The notes beneath the pieces were generated by a model. That model ran no database searches and was not told the DNA's origin. It worked only from the letters and a program-made list of their open reading frames with translations. From Octopus sinensis (Eukaryota), in assembly GCF_006345805.1 (NCBI RefSeq), contig NW_021832240.1:1-63822 (forward strand): DNA of 63,822 nucleotides, in the 5' to 3' direction. This document shows, piece by piece, positions 26,977 through 39,219 of the stretch. Numbering within the stretch: the stretch's first letter is position 1; each line of letters starts with the position of its first letter. Position numbers and translations under genes: made by a program.

Positions 26977-27388
26977 AATATTATTAGTGAATTGAAGAAA
27001 TGGAGTTGAACGAAGATTGAACAGAAATCGTTTTATTGCATCTACACGTGTTTCGAAGGCACGATTTACCAAATTCCGATTGAATAAGGAGACCATATTG
27101 TGTCTTTCTCTTCAGGAAGAAATAGGAAATCCGTTGGAAAAAACAAAAACAGAACTAGTTGGGCATGGGCTCTTAGGAGCCTCGTTCGATTTGTTTTGCT
27201 CCGCCTCTGTTCTGTTTTTGTTTTTTCCAACGATTTCCTGTTTCTTCCTGAAGAGAAAGACACAATATGGTCTCCTTATTCAATCGGAATTTGGTAAATT
27301 GTGCCTTTCGAAACACGTGTAGAATGCAATAAAACGATTTCTGTTCAATCTTCGTTCAACTCCATTTCTTCAATTCACTAATAATATT
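26977..27388. repeat. ~410-bp foldback with an HHR on each strand
   Basis: AATATTATTAGTGAATTGAAGAAATGGAGTTGAACG... mirrored at ...CGTTCAACTCCATTTCTTCAATTCACTAATAATATT. Short non-palindromic spacer. Ends in (TA)n. Confidence 0.95.
27245..27324 (+). ncRNA. Type-I hammerhead ribozyme (GUA site)
   Basis: TTC-CTGAAGA-GAAAG...CTTTC-GAAAC-ACGT-GTA-GAA with palindromic stem III ACACGTGT. The mirror copy lies at ~27040-27118 (minus). Confidence 0.78.
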
Positions 27389-28444
27389 ATATATATATAT
27401 ATATTATATATAGAATATATATAATATATATAATTATATATATATTATTAAAGAATATATTTATATTTTAAAAGATTATATTTATTAATAATTACTTACT
27501 ATTATTGTAGTTATTTTTACCCTGATGTGTGGCTATATTTATATCGAAGTGGTTTTACTACTATTGCTAATATTTTTACTATAATCATTTCTTAAATATA
27601 ACCTCGAAACACGTGTCACTATTCTACCAAATATATACGTTTTATTTATTATTTTACACATTACTTAATCATCGGTTTAGTAGTTTTATCTTATATTTAA
27701 TATTTCTATTATATGTAATTTTCTAGATGGCGCAATTTAATTTTTCATTTTGAATTGATAAACGGTATTTTTTTCTAATTTATATATATATATATTATAT
27801 TTTGTGAAATTTGATTTAGTATTTCTAAATTGAATTTTTCCCTGAAAGTTAGGAATAATATTCTCTCAAATTATTATTATGATATATATATAACAAGAGA
27901 AAGTGAGAGAGAGAGAGGGAGACAAAGAAAGAGAGACACAGACAGAGTGACAAAGACAAATGGATAGATAGATTGATTAAAACATGGATAGACAGATAGA
28001 GAGACAGAGAGAGAGAGAGAGAAAATATATATACATAGATACATAGATGAATATCTGGATGGGCAGATAGATGTAGATGGATTATATTTAATGCTTTAGA
28101 GTGATAACTTTAATCCTGAGTAACTGAACATTTCGATTGTCATAATATATTCTTATTCTACTACACCGTTATCGAGTGCTCCGTTTCATTATAATGGTAG
28201 CGCACCAGCTCCAATTTACTCTATTTCTTTACACTGATCAATGATACAGATGCTCATATATAACGCATATATCTATAACTATATCCATCTATCTATCTAT
28301 CTCTATATATATATATTATCTACCTGTATATATATATATATATATATATATTTATACGCACACATATATATATTACATACATAAATATATTATATATATA
28401 TATATATAATATATTATATATATATATATTACACATATATATAT

Positions 28445-28790
28445 ACGTCTCGCCTTCTCCTTCGAACGTAGAGTAGATGAAACCATGGCGACTGAAGAAG
28501 GGTTTTTTTTTTGTGTTAACTGTCCTGTACTCTCTATATTTTTTTTTTGTTGCTAAAAAAATGTCCAGTTCCTTGTGTTTGTGTCTATATTTTCGTTTTC
28601 ATTGTGTTCGACGTTTTTTTGGTGTCCTGTACTCATATATGCGTGTATATATACATGTAGAGGTTGGTACGTACATATATGTATATAAATATATGCATAT
28701 GTTTTATTTATTAATATATATATATATATACATATGGTTTCACATATGCAACAAGTATTTATGTACGTGTGAGTACTCGTGTATATGATT
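28445..28790 (+). mobile_element. PLE-type terminal repeat relic; same family as 63400-63822
   Basis: CCTTCGAACGTAGAGTAGATGAAAC..GACTGAAGAAGGG...GTCCTGTACTC matches the minus strand near 63540-63730. Follows (TA)n. Confidence 0.6.
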
Positions 28791-29923
28791 AGAGATGAAG
28801 GTTGAGTCTGTGCGCTATTTCTCTCCTAAAATGTTACACCATTATATATAATCCATTTTCAGTGAAGATAAAATATTGCACTCCTCAGAGGAAGCAATAA
28901 TAACATATTCTATAGAGAAGCAATTGTAGAGAAGCAACTAATATGTAATCAATATATCAAACAAGCTTCTCTTTAATACGATATTTCTAAATGCAAACAG
29001 AATGATAGAAAAAAAAATAACATCCGTAAAATAATACGCGATGATGTTACAGTATGAAATGTAGGTATCACAGATAGCACTACGCAATAACTAATTATAT
29101 ATTTGCAGAAACAGAATGAATTAGAGGAAAGTAGAAGCAAACTACATCTGAGCCTTTCGTGAATATTCAAGTCGAATTTACATGTGCTAATATAATCAAT
29201 CTAAAAATATCTAAATTGATTGATTTTTGCAAGTAAAAAAAAAAAATGGTGCTAAAAGTTATTTCTTATTACCGCAATGAAAACACTGTGTTTATGTCTC
29301 AATTGTCTCAGAGTATTCAGTAACATTGTACCTTAGCTTAAGGGAATTTCAGCATATCTATAGCAGTTCACGATATTGGAATGTTTCAGAAAATGGTTAT
29401 AAGAATAGCACATAGGAAATAGTATAATAGCCGGCCTTAATAGAAAATATTTTCACGAAGGATTTGGCCAACTAACTACCTACGAACGCGTACATATATA
29501 GAAATAACTATAAGAATTATATTCTTTACGTTTGGAAAACCTGATTTCTTTGTGCACAGGGATCACTCCCTTGCAAACATTTCTTTTCCGTATTTGTATG
29601 TATTAACTTTATGCATTTATTCCGCTATAGATAGCATATTACCAAAACTCCTTGGTGGAATGCTTTCTATTAAGGCTACTTCAATTACAGATAACTAGTT
29701 TGTAGGATAGATCTGATACGGGTGTGTGTGTATGTGAGTAAATGTGTGCATGTATGACTGTATGTGTGTATGTATATATGGGTATATATGCATGTAATAA
29801 AGATATATTTATATATATATATATATATATAATAATAGATATTAGGGAATAAATCCAAATTTACAGGGAAAAAATCAGATTTAGGATTAAATCCAATTTT
29901 ATAGTAAAATATTATAAAATATT

Positions 29924-30199
29924 ATTAGAGACAAAACCACTATTTTGCAAAACAAACAAGGAAAGACTTAATCAATACATAAAATTTTAATAAATAGTCA
30001 AAAAAACCGCCACTACAATTGTTTCTTGTCTTGATCGACAGTTTCATAATTTGAAACTGACTTATTGGAAGTCCACCTGAAGATTGTCGATCAAGACAAG
30101 AAACAATTGTAGTGGCGGTTTTTTTGACTAGTTATTAAAATTTTATGTATTGATTAAGTCTTTCCTTGTTTGTTTTGCAAAATAGTGGTTTTGTCTCTA

Positions 30200-30203
<4 letters not shown>
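29924..30203. repeat. ~280-bp foldback (arms ~118 bp) containing a complete HHR in the right arm
   Basis: TATTAGAGACAAAACCAC...GATCGACA / TGTCGATC...GTGGTTTTGTCTCTAATA. The right arm ends at (TA)n. Confidence 0.95.
30073..30115 (+). ncRNA. Minimal type-I hammerhead ribozyme (GUA site)
   Basis: CCAC-CTGAAGA-TTGTC-GATCAA-GACAA-GAAAC-AATT-GTA-GTGG: all three stems pair perfectly. Confidence 0.88.
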
Positions 30204-30271
<68 letters not shown>

Positions 30272-31084
30272 GTATTATATATATATATATGTATATGTAT
30301 CTATATGTATTATATATATATATGTGTGTGTGTGTGTGCGTATATATATATGTAGGTATGTATGTGTGTATGTATATATGCACAAGTATGTATTTAGTAC
30401 GGATATATTTATAGATATATATATGTATATATATACATATATATATATACGTGTGTGTATATATATGTAGGCATGTATGTATACATACACATGCATTAAT
30501 ATACATACACGTATGATTGTATGCACACGTAAACAGACGCATACACACACGCACACACACAGACACACAGACACACACACACACACATATATATAAACAT
30601 GTATACACCAAAATACGATAGATTCAAAAGTACGAAATCTAACCACCTTTCACTGAAACAGTCTATGAACGAAGTTCATTCCATAAGTTTCGAGATTTAT
30701 AATAACCGTGGCAGTTAGAACCATTCTAGATTACTCTAAACTTAGTTTAGTCTATTATCATATATCTAATAACTAATAATCAAATATGCTATTATCCTAC
30801 ATTGAGGAAGACGGCAATAACAACAATTTGACCACACCTTACTCGATATTATCAATGCTGACTTGTCAGCAGAATAGAGTCGAGAATTCTGGAAGCTCTC
30901 TATGCAATAAATGTTGTGTTATACTGGATAAAAACGCTACGGAGATACATGAGTTGTTCCAGGGAGCGTATGGGATAACTTTTTCTTTGGCAGGATACTA
31001 GAGAGGAGATGGAACAGGTTGAGAAGTGTAGGAGAGAGTGAATGAATGAAAGCCATGATATGAAGGCACAGAGCAAGAGAGATA

Positions 31085-31284
31085 CTCTTTACTCTTTTAC
31101 TTGTTTCAGTCATTTGACCGTGGCCATGCTGTAGCACCGCCTTTAGTCGATCAAATCGATCCCAGGACTTAGTCTTTGTAAGCCTAGTACGTATTCTATC
31201 GGTCTCTTTTGCCGAACCGGTAAGTTACGGAGGCGGAAACACACCAGCATCAGTTGTCAGGCGATGTTGTGGGGACAAACTCAA

Positions 31285-31344
<60 letters not shown>

Positions 31345-32568
31345 CGCACTACCAAGTGTTTCTTATATTATATAGCGAATATTTTCTGGTCGGTTTTTTA
31401 CTGTTAAAATAACTCTACTTTATTATGTTTCCTATTTCGAAATAGATAAATATATTTAGCTTGTTAAGTAGGGATATATAATGATAAAACCGTCACTTAT
31501 AACTTGCTTACTTATAAGTGTTATCATTATACGTAAATCCTGACTCCAGCTACAAAAACGCCATAGCGAGAAATACATTTTCTGGATCGCTAATGTGTAT
31601 TTATGTTGAATATGAATAACTTTGTGTTCCTTTAAGCGCTATAAAAAATGCAGTTTCATAATTGCAGAAATACATTCATTAATAAGTTGAAGAATGCGAA
31701 GAAAGCGAAAATAATTTCTACATTATTTCATTATATACATATAGCAATTTTGATATATATATACATTTTGAAGAAAAGTAAATTTGTCGTAGAGAATTAC
31801 GACTTAATATTTTAGCTAACTAATTCCTCATTCTAGCTTTATTAAATCTCAACAGTTCAAACTAGTCTTGATGGATTTTTCATGGACTTGGCATAAAAAA
31901 GAACCAACGTCTCAAAAGAGTGAGTGTCGTGGAGTTTAGTTACATCCCACAAACACTGAAGTTTTTCCCAAAATCCAGGGTTTTTATAGCTGTTCAACTT
32001 GATTTTAAAGAATCAAAAACACATAAAAATATTCTTTAAATAACTTTTAGAATTCCTATATGAGCAGTTAAATTAACCAATGGAAAAACGACAATCATAT
32101 TTCTTCGGCAATACGACATTACGTCAGAGTGCCAGCTACCACAAATTGGCGCTACTATTTGAAAATGGCTACACGCTACATATATATATAGATATATATA
32201 GTCAATAATAAAAGGGTAAAATTAATTAATTATTAATTATCAATTTTACCAAGTAGTGTTCAGTATGTAAAAAGACCATTTACGGTATATTTAAAACTTT
32301 ATGTTATATAATTAGGGTTCAGTAAAATAATTTACTTTGCCACACACCGAACTTTTAGAAATAGTAGTCAAAAAAATTTTAGCTATTTCCTCTACTATAA
32401 GAAAAGTCTCCCAGACAATGTATACTCAAAAATAATTCACGCAGGTATATTTTTGAGTATACATTGTCTTGGAGACTTTTCTTATAGTAGAGGAAATACC
32501 TAAAAAATTTTTGGATGCTATTTCTAAAAGTTCGGTGTGTGGTAAAGTAAATTATTTTACTGAACCCG

Positions 32569-32605
<37 letters not shown>

Positions 32606-32765
32606 CCATATATACATATATATGACGAGCTTATTTCAGTTTCCGTCAACCAAATCTACTCACAAGGTTTTGGCCGGCCCTAGGCTATAGTAGGTGCCAC
32701 GCAATGGGTCTGAACCCGGAACCATGCGGTTTGTAAGCAAGCTACTTCCCACATAGCCATTCCTC
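31085..32765 (-). mobile_element. Microsatellite-containing SINE split by a ~1.25-kb insertion
   Basis: Head half at 32622-32765 and tail half at 31085-31285, in the correct order and orientation. Foreign DNA lies inside the internal (TA)n. Confidence 0.75.
32305..32578. repeat. ~275-bp foldback without a recognisable HHR
   Basis: ATATAATTAGGGTTCAGTAAAATAATTTAC...GTATACTCAAAAATA mirrored up to ...CTGAACCCGAATTATATAT. Ends in (TA)n. Confidence 0.92.
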
Positions 32766-32769
32766 TTCA

Positions 32770-32925
32770 CCCTGCGAATTCAAATTTCGCCGAGGTCAGC
32801 TTTGCCTTGCATCCTTTCGGGGTCGACAAAATAGGTGCCAGTTGATAAGTGGGGTCGATGTAATCGACTAACCCCTTCCCTTAAAATTGCTGATCTGGTG
32901 CTAACGCTTGAAGCCAATAGTACAA
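32770..32925 (+). mobile_element. CORE-like SINE fragment
   Basis: AATTTCGCCGAGGTCAGCTTTGCCTTGCATCCTTTCGGGGTCGAC...GGGGTCGATGTAATCGACT. Confidence 0.8.
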
Positions 32926-33838
32926 GCTGAATAAAACCATTTCCACGCTATTCACCAGGCACCAAGACCTGAATACTTTAATTCACCAGAAAAAAAAAAA
33001 TATCTCAGTGGCAATAGTTATTCATTGTATTATATTGGGCAAAAAACCAAAAAATAAAACCTATAAAATAAATTGCGATTTTCACTCGATATGGAAATGT
33101 AACAATGCCCTAAGTGCGACTCTACACTTGTAAGGTGTTGACATACAAAATAATCTAGAAATTCTCTATACGGTACATTCTGTGGACACTGGTGATGTCT
33201 CATTCTCTATGTTACAACTGTCTCACAAAATGTTTTGAAACTACACAAATTGCACTTTTCCATAGGTAGACATTATTTCGGAATTAATAAACTTCTACTA
33301 AACAACCTATTTGCTTGAAAGCTAGAGATCTGAAAGAGGGCAGGGATTCGATAATACTCAATATTATCGCTTACCATTATGCTTTGCTATTATATTTACA
33401 CCTTCTACGGAGATAAGTTGATGAGCCTGAGGACAATTATTTCTTGCCTTCCTTTGCGCGTGGGCTGTAGTTCTACGTTCTTTTGCTGCTTATATATGTA
33501 AGTATATATATATATATCACTCTATGTGATATATATGTATGCATGAATACATGTAGATATCTTCACACAAACACACACACACACACTAGTATATCTATCT
33601 ATCTATCTTTCTATCTATCTATTTATCTTCCTTTCTATCTATAGATGTATGTGTGTGTGTGTATGTATATGCATATTGATTTCTGTCGATTCACCTAGAA
33701 GAGATGAATTACAATAGTCAGCACGAATTACTGAGTGTTCTTCAATACATTACATTATAACCGAAAGGGTCATTCCACACACACACACACACACACATAC
33801 ACACACACATATATATATACATACATAAATATATATAA

Positions 33839-33892
<54 letters not shown>

Positions 33893-34471
33893 ATGCATAT
33901 ATATGTATGTATGTATGTATCGTATATATGCTCGTCACGTTTGTATGTATGTCTTTAGTGTTCCCCTATATGCGCGTGACTGCGCATGCGGGCACGTCTA
34001 TCTGCAAATGACACGTCGTTACAAGTTCCCCCTTCCGGCAAGCACTTGGATAAAATATCATGTAATAATAGTTATCAATAATATATTTGCGACTTCCACG
34101 AGGGCAATTAAAATTTATAAATCACATTCATGGCTTGTAACAGCCTGTCTAGATTTATGCCTGATATATTGTTACACAGAATGTACATTATTGGTTTTGT
34201 TTATGTATGCATGAATTTATCTAATAAATTATTAGCTAGAGTTTATCTCGAGGTTCATACATAATCCATATATTTAATGTAACATTTATTAGAAACTATC
34301 ATCTTTTCATCTGTTTTATGTTGATAATGCATTTGATTGCAATAATTGAACTCTATATCTTTTATAGTTCTTCAAGCAATCTATTATGTTGTGATTGGTT
34401 ATTGAATCATATTTTTGAACTCATACACAACACATAAAAAAATAGACACAGCTACGTGAATGTACATATAC

Positions 34472-34502
<31 letters not shown>

Positions 34503-34876
34503 ATATATATATATGTATATGTATATGTATATGTATGTAATCGTTAATCTGTCGGATAGCCTACTGAGTAAGGTATGATACGATATGAGAAAATAAAATA
34601 TGAGATAATTGTTTATTCACCCAGTTATAATGTGTGTACAGTTACAATATTTTATGAGATAATAGGTATATTGAGAACTATAAGAAAATAAATTAACAAA
34701 TGCAAAATTAGTAAAACAAATAGTGAAGAAAGGATATTTCACATTTATGAATACGTCTGGCAGCTCGCAAAGAACTGTTGTTGTTGTTATTTCAATAGTT
34801 TATTCGTGATGATGTGAGCTTAGGACTATACCATTAGGACTGCGTGGGAGAAGAATTTCGGTAAGTTAATTTTTTT

Positions 34877-35187
34877 TATTTATTTATACGCCCTTTTCAA
34901 GCCTAGCCAGTCTCATGGGCCCGGTTTCCCGTTCTCTGTGGCGTTTGTGTTCCCCCCAGCTGGACGGGACGCCAATCTATCGCAGTGTCATTTAATGAAC
35001 AGGAAAAGAGAGTGAGAGTTGGGGCTAAAGTGTACAACAGGGGTCGCCAATCGCTCCTGCCAGAGCCTCGTGGAACTTTAGGTGTTTTTGCTCAATAAAC
35101 GTACACAACGCCCGGTCTTGGAATCGAAATCGCGATCCTCCGACCGCGAGTCCGCTGCACTAACCACTGGGCCATTGCGCCTCCACG
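34877..35187 (-). mobile_element. tRNA-derived SINE with a third type of 3' module
   Basis: Same head as 23679. Tail CTGCGATAGATTGGCGTCCCGTCCAG...GAAACCGGGCCCATGAG. Confidence 0.82.
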
Positions 35188-35672
35188 AAGTTTCCGTAGA
35201 TTCCTCGCTCAATCGATAGAGAAATGATCGGGCCGTCGCCGAGCGGTGGTTCATTATCTGGTGCGAAGCGCGCGGTGCATGTCGAGTGTCTTTGCGGGAG
35301 CCGACACAGCCGATGCGCGACCCTTAGTCGAGAACAGTGTCGGTCAGAGAGTATGACAGGGGCAGTGCGTCTATCAAACGGAAATCTATTTTAGTCAATG
35401 ACAAATAACAGAGTTTAGAAAAACGGATTATTGACTTTGTGTTTTACTTAGTTTAACATAAACTCAACCCTATCTTGAATATCTAACTAAGCCGACATTA
35501 TTTTTTAAAACTCTGCTGAGATATCTTGAAACTGGGACTACACCATCCCAATATTAGTTTTGTTAAAGATGATGACACGCGTTGTTATGGAACCGTGGCT
35601 GCTGGATCTGGCTGCGCCTATTCGTGTAAAGGTTGTCGCTTTGTGTTTTTACTGAGGTTTTCTTTAACCAAG

Positions 35673-35980
35673 TGGAGGCATATGGCCTAGTGGTTAGAGC
35701 AGCGGGATCGCGGTTGAGGGATCGCGGGTTCGAATCTGAGACCGGGTGATGTGTGTGTTTATGAGCGAAACACATAAGGTCCACGCGGCTCCGGCAGAAG
35801 GTAATGGCGAACTTCTGCTAACCCTTTCGCCACAACTTTCTCTCACTTTTTCCTCCTGCATCTTGCAGCTCTCCTGCGACGGACCGGCGTCCCGTTCAAG
35901 TGGGGAACCTATACGCCAAGGAAACCGGGAAACCGGCCCTATGAGCCAGGCATGGCTCGAGAAGGAACAAACAATTCTTT
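35673..35980 (+). mobile_element. tRNA-derived SINE (related head, tail like 34877)
   Basis: GTGGAGGCATATGGCCTAGTGG...GGGTTCGAATCT; tail CTGCGACGGACCGGCGTCCCGTTC...GAAACCGGGAAACCGGCCCTATGAG. Confidence 0.82.
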
Positions 35981-36661
35981 AACCAGCTGTCCTAATATCG
36001 AATCTGCTTCATCTGCGTATGCTCTCTCATGTATCGAAATATATTTAGGATTATATTAACGCAATTGTCCTGCGATACTGTTAAAGAACGGTTGCGAGAG
36101 ATGTTGGTATTTCCAGCAGGTAGAATGAAATCTCTCCTTGCTTGTGCATTGTGCGGGATATCTAAGAATTGCTGCAATGATATGATATGAATATCTGGCC
36201 GTAGAAACCATGATAGCAATGGACGATATATTTCTTATTATCCTTTGTTTCTGATGCTGACGTTCGTTATTGGTAAGATTAACTAATGGTATGTAAATAT
36301 GAGATGAAATTTGCTGTAACACAGAATTGCTCTTCTCTTTAGAGATTTATAACCGTATTGGTTTGGGAGCACTCCACTGATATATTCATGAAGAGCTAAC
36401 CTTTAAGAAGGAAAATGGTGAAGGGTTTTAAGATTATACGTTCAGTATAGTTTATAATAAACAAACGAATTCCGGTGTGTAGAGGTGTTCCTTTAGGCAA
36501 TTTTCATTCTCTGAAATAAATTAGGACGCAAGTGTTTTGCTTGCTTGTATAGAATATACATACATTGGACAATGTTACACTATATTTCATAAGACGTGTT
36601 TTATCATAAAAGTGCGATGACTAAGAATTCTTCTGTCTACTTTAGACTGTATATATGTTTC

Positions 36662-36880
36662 TTTATTAGCCACAAGGGGCTAAACACAGAGGGGACAAAC
36701 AAGGACAGACAAAGGGATTAAGTCGATTACATCGACCCCAGTGCGAAACTGGTACTTAATTTATCGACCCCGAAAGGATGAAAGGCAAAGTCGACCTCGG
36801 CGGAATTTGAACTCAGAACGTAACGACAGACGAAATACTGCTAGGCATTTTGCCCGGCGTGCTAACGATTCTGCCAGCAT
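36662..36880 (-). mobile_element. CORE-like (OR2-type) SINE monomer
   Basis: Reverse complement of the 2666 unit, including the head. Confidence 0.88.
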
Positions 36881-37766
36881 ACTTATATGCCTGTATTCTA
36901 TTAGACTATGTAGATAATTTAAATTATTTCTTTGTAATTTTTAGTCTATTTTAAGTAAACCTACTTATAGAAAATTAGTTAATTAAACTTCTTAGTTCTT
37001 TTATATACTACTAATAAATTTTGATAATCCCAAACATCTAATATAACGGTTTCATTATGAAAAATAACTCTATTTCCTTTCTTCTGACCTCTTACTGTAT
37101 TCCCATAACCTGGCAATGTATTAATGGTAACATTAATAAATAAAGAAATAAATTAAATGACCTCCGTTCGAATATTGCACTAAATACGCTAAGATGTTTT
37201 CCTATAGAAACAACCTTTGACCCCCCCCCCCTTTTCACCTTCCCATTTCCTCTTTATATAGCAATTAGCAACATTAGGTGGTCAAATTTAACATTCCTCT
37301 TTTAAGCTCTGTGGTTCTTGCAGATTTCTATACCGGTCAGTTCGTCTCCACTATAAGACTGTCGCTACGCTTCACTGAACCTCCTACAACCTCCTCGGAT
37401 TCTAACATAGCAGTTTTCAGAAATTTCGCACAAATGTATCCAAAATATCATCACACAGCTTGAATCACACTTTACTATGAACTATATATGGATAAATACA
37501 TATTCTGTGAATACGGTACCTCTCATCATATCTCCAGGAATCAAACTTTCTTCAATATGGATAAACTCACATCCCCACTTTCATCTTCACTTTCTGGAAA
37601 ACTAAGAGGTTTTGAAAAAAAATTTTAACCTTATATATGACTGTGCAATACTAAAAGAACTTTTAGAAATCAGTTTGTTATCTAAATCTCATTTTTATAG
37701 AACTTTCCATGATGTTTCACGAGTGTAACATCACCCCCTTTGATGTTTGGGGATCTGAGATGTTCT

Positions 37767-37853
37767 TTCGGCTGATGAGTACGGGTCACCTATATTTACA
37801 GCAATTTATGTAGCCTTATTAAAGATGTCTTCGTACGAAACAATTGTACCGAA
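37767..37853 (+). ncRNA. Type-I hammerhead ribozyme (GUA site) with a large loop II
   Basis: TTCGG-CTGATGA-GTACG...CGTAC-GAAAC-AATT-GTA-CCGAA: 5-bp stem I, 5-bp stem II, palindromic stem III. Confidence 0.88.
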
Positions 37854-37892
37854 ATATTGATACATTCTTGTTGCTTTTTTCCTATATATATA

Positions 37893-38104
37893 GTTAATCC
37901 AAACATGAAACCACAAAGAGAAAACACAACAACGCGAGTACGTGGAACAAGTATAGCATTATAGGACGCTCAGGAAAGAAGGAAAGAAGCAGGGTTTAAC
38001 GTTTCGAGCGGAGCTCTTCGTCAGAAACATAGGAAAAAGAAAGATTGAAAGAAGAGATGGCGGAGGGAAAAAAATCACCAACGGTACACACGCGGTCACA
38101 TTTT
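37893..38104 (-). mobile_element. PLE pLTR with minimal HHR (37994-38028, GUU site)
   Basis: Minus strand GTTT-CTGACGA-A-GAGC-TCC-GCTC-GAAAC-GTT-AAAC. Homologous to 7690-7905. Confidence 0.8.
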
Positions 38105-39219
38105 TGATATATACATAAATATAAATCTGTATCTATCTGAGTGTCTGCATGAAAGCGCGTGACTTAGCGGCTATACGTTTCTCCTCAAGTTCACAACATC
38201 GTGGTTTAGATTTCCTGACGTGCAGTACCTTGTGTTCTTCATTACACATTCTTCAAATAACCCTGTGACAAACTGAGGTGCCGTTTAGAGGGTAAGTTGT
38301 GCTGACCACCAAGCGAAAGGGGAGATATAATGCAAAAAGCAACATTCGTAAGCAGAGGAATGAGATGGGGCACGGTGGAGGTGAGGTTTGCATCATAAGA
38401 AGAAGCCGCCTCACACTCCGCAGATATCCTGAGTTCGGAAAAGGTGGTGCTCTTACCTACGTATATGGGAAGGCGCCACGTCCGGGTCAAGATAGCAAAG
38501 TTGCCATCTGATATAAAGACGGAGTGGTTGATAGTAGCCATCATAAAAATAGGCCAGATCTCACAGAGCTTGGAAGAACAGATATGCTCAATTGGTGGGG
38601 AAGCGGAGTTGAGATGTGGCTCTGCGCCACATTTGAAGATATAGAGAGGTTTCCCTAGCAAATAGAGATTGAAGGGGAAAATTACTTGAATGTTATAGTA
38701 GAGGGTCGCAGTGAAAGTGCGGTGAAAGGGGACATATAAAATTGAAGTGCCCGCAATATAAAAATAAACAGAACAAGCCGATACAGAGTGAGAAAGAGGT
38801 GACAAAGGGAGAAATGGAGAGGCAAGGAAGGATGGAGAGAGAAATAGAAAATATAATAAATAATAACTGTGAGATAGAGAAAGAAAGAAAAGCGACAAAA
38901 GAGGGGAGCGATGGAATCGTCAGCCCCAAGAGAAGGAAGAAGGCAAAGTGAAGGGGAGTGTTACAGAAAGCGACAGCAGAATCATAGAAGACGGACATAA
39001 AGGATATAGAGCTGCCTGAAACACAAGAATTAGAGAAAAGACCAGAAGGTGCAAAGACCAGTGAGTTTCAAAGGGAGCATAAAGGAGTACTGATTTTTTA
39101 GAGGAAATCAACAGAGGTAGAGAATAAAATATCAAAGTGGGAAATTTTGGTAAGAGTGAAACTGCCCAAGGAGAGGTTTGCTGAGGTGGAAAGGTGTGTG
39201 ATGGTGAGCAACGAACTGT

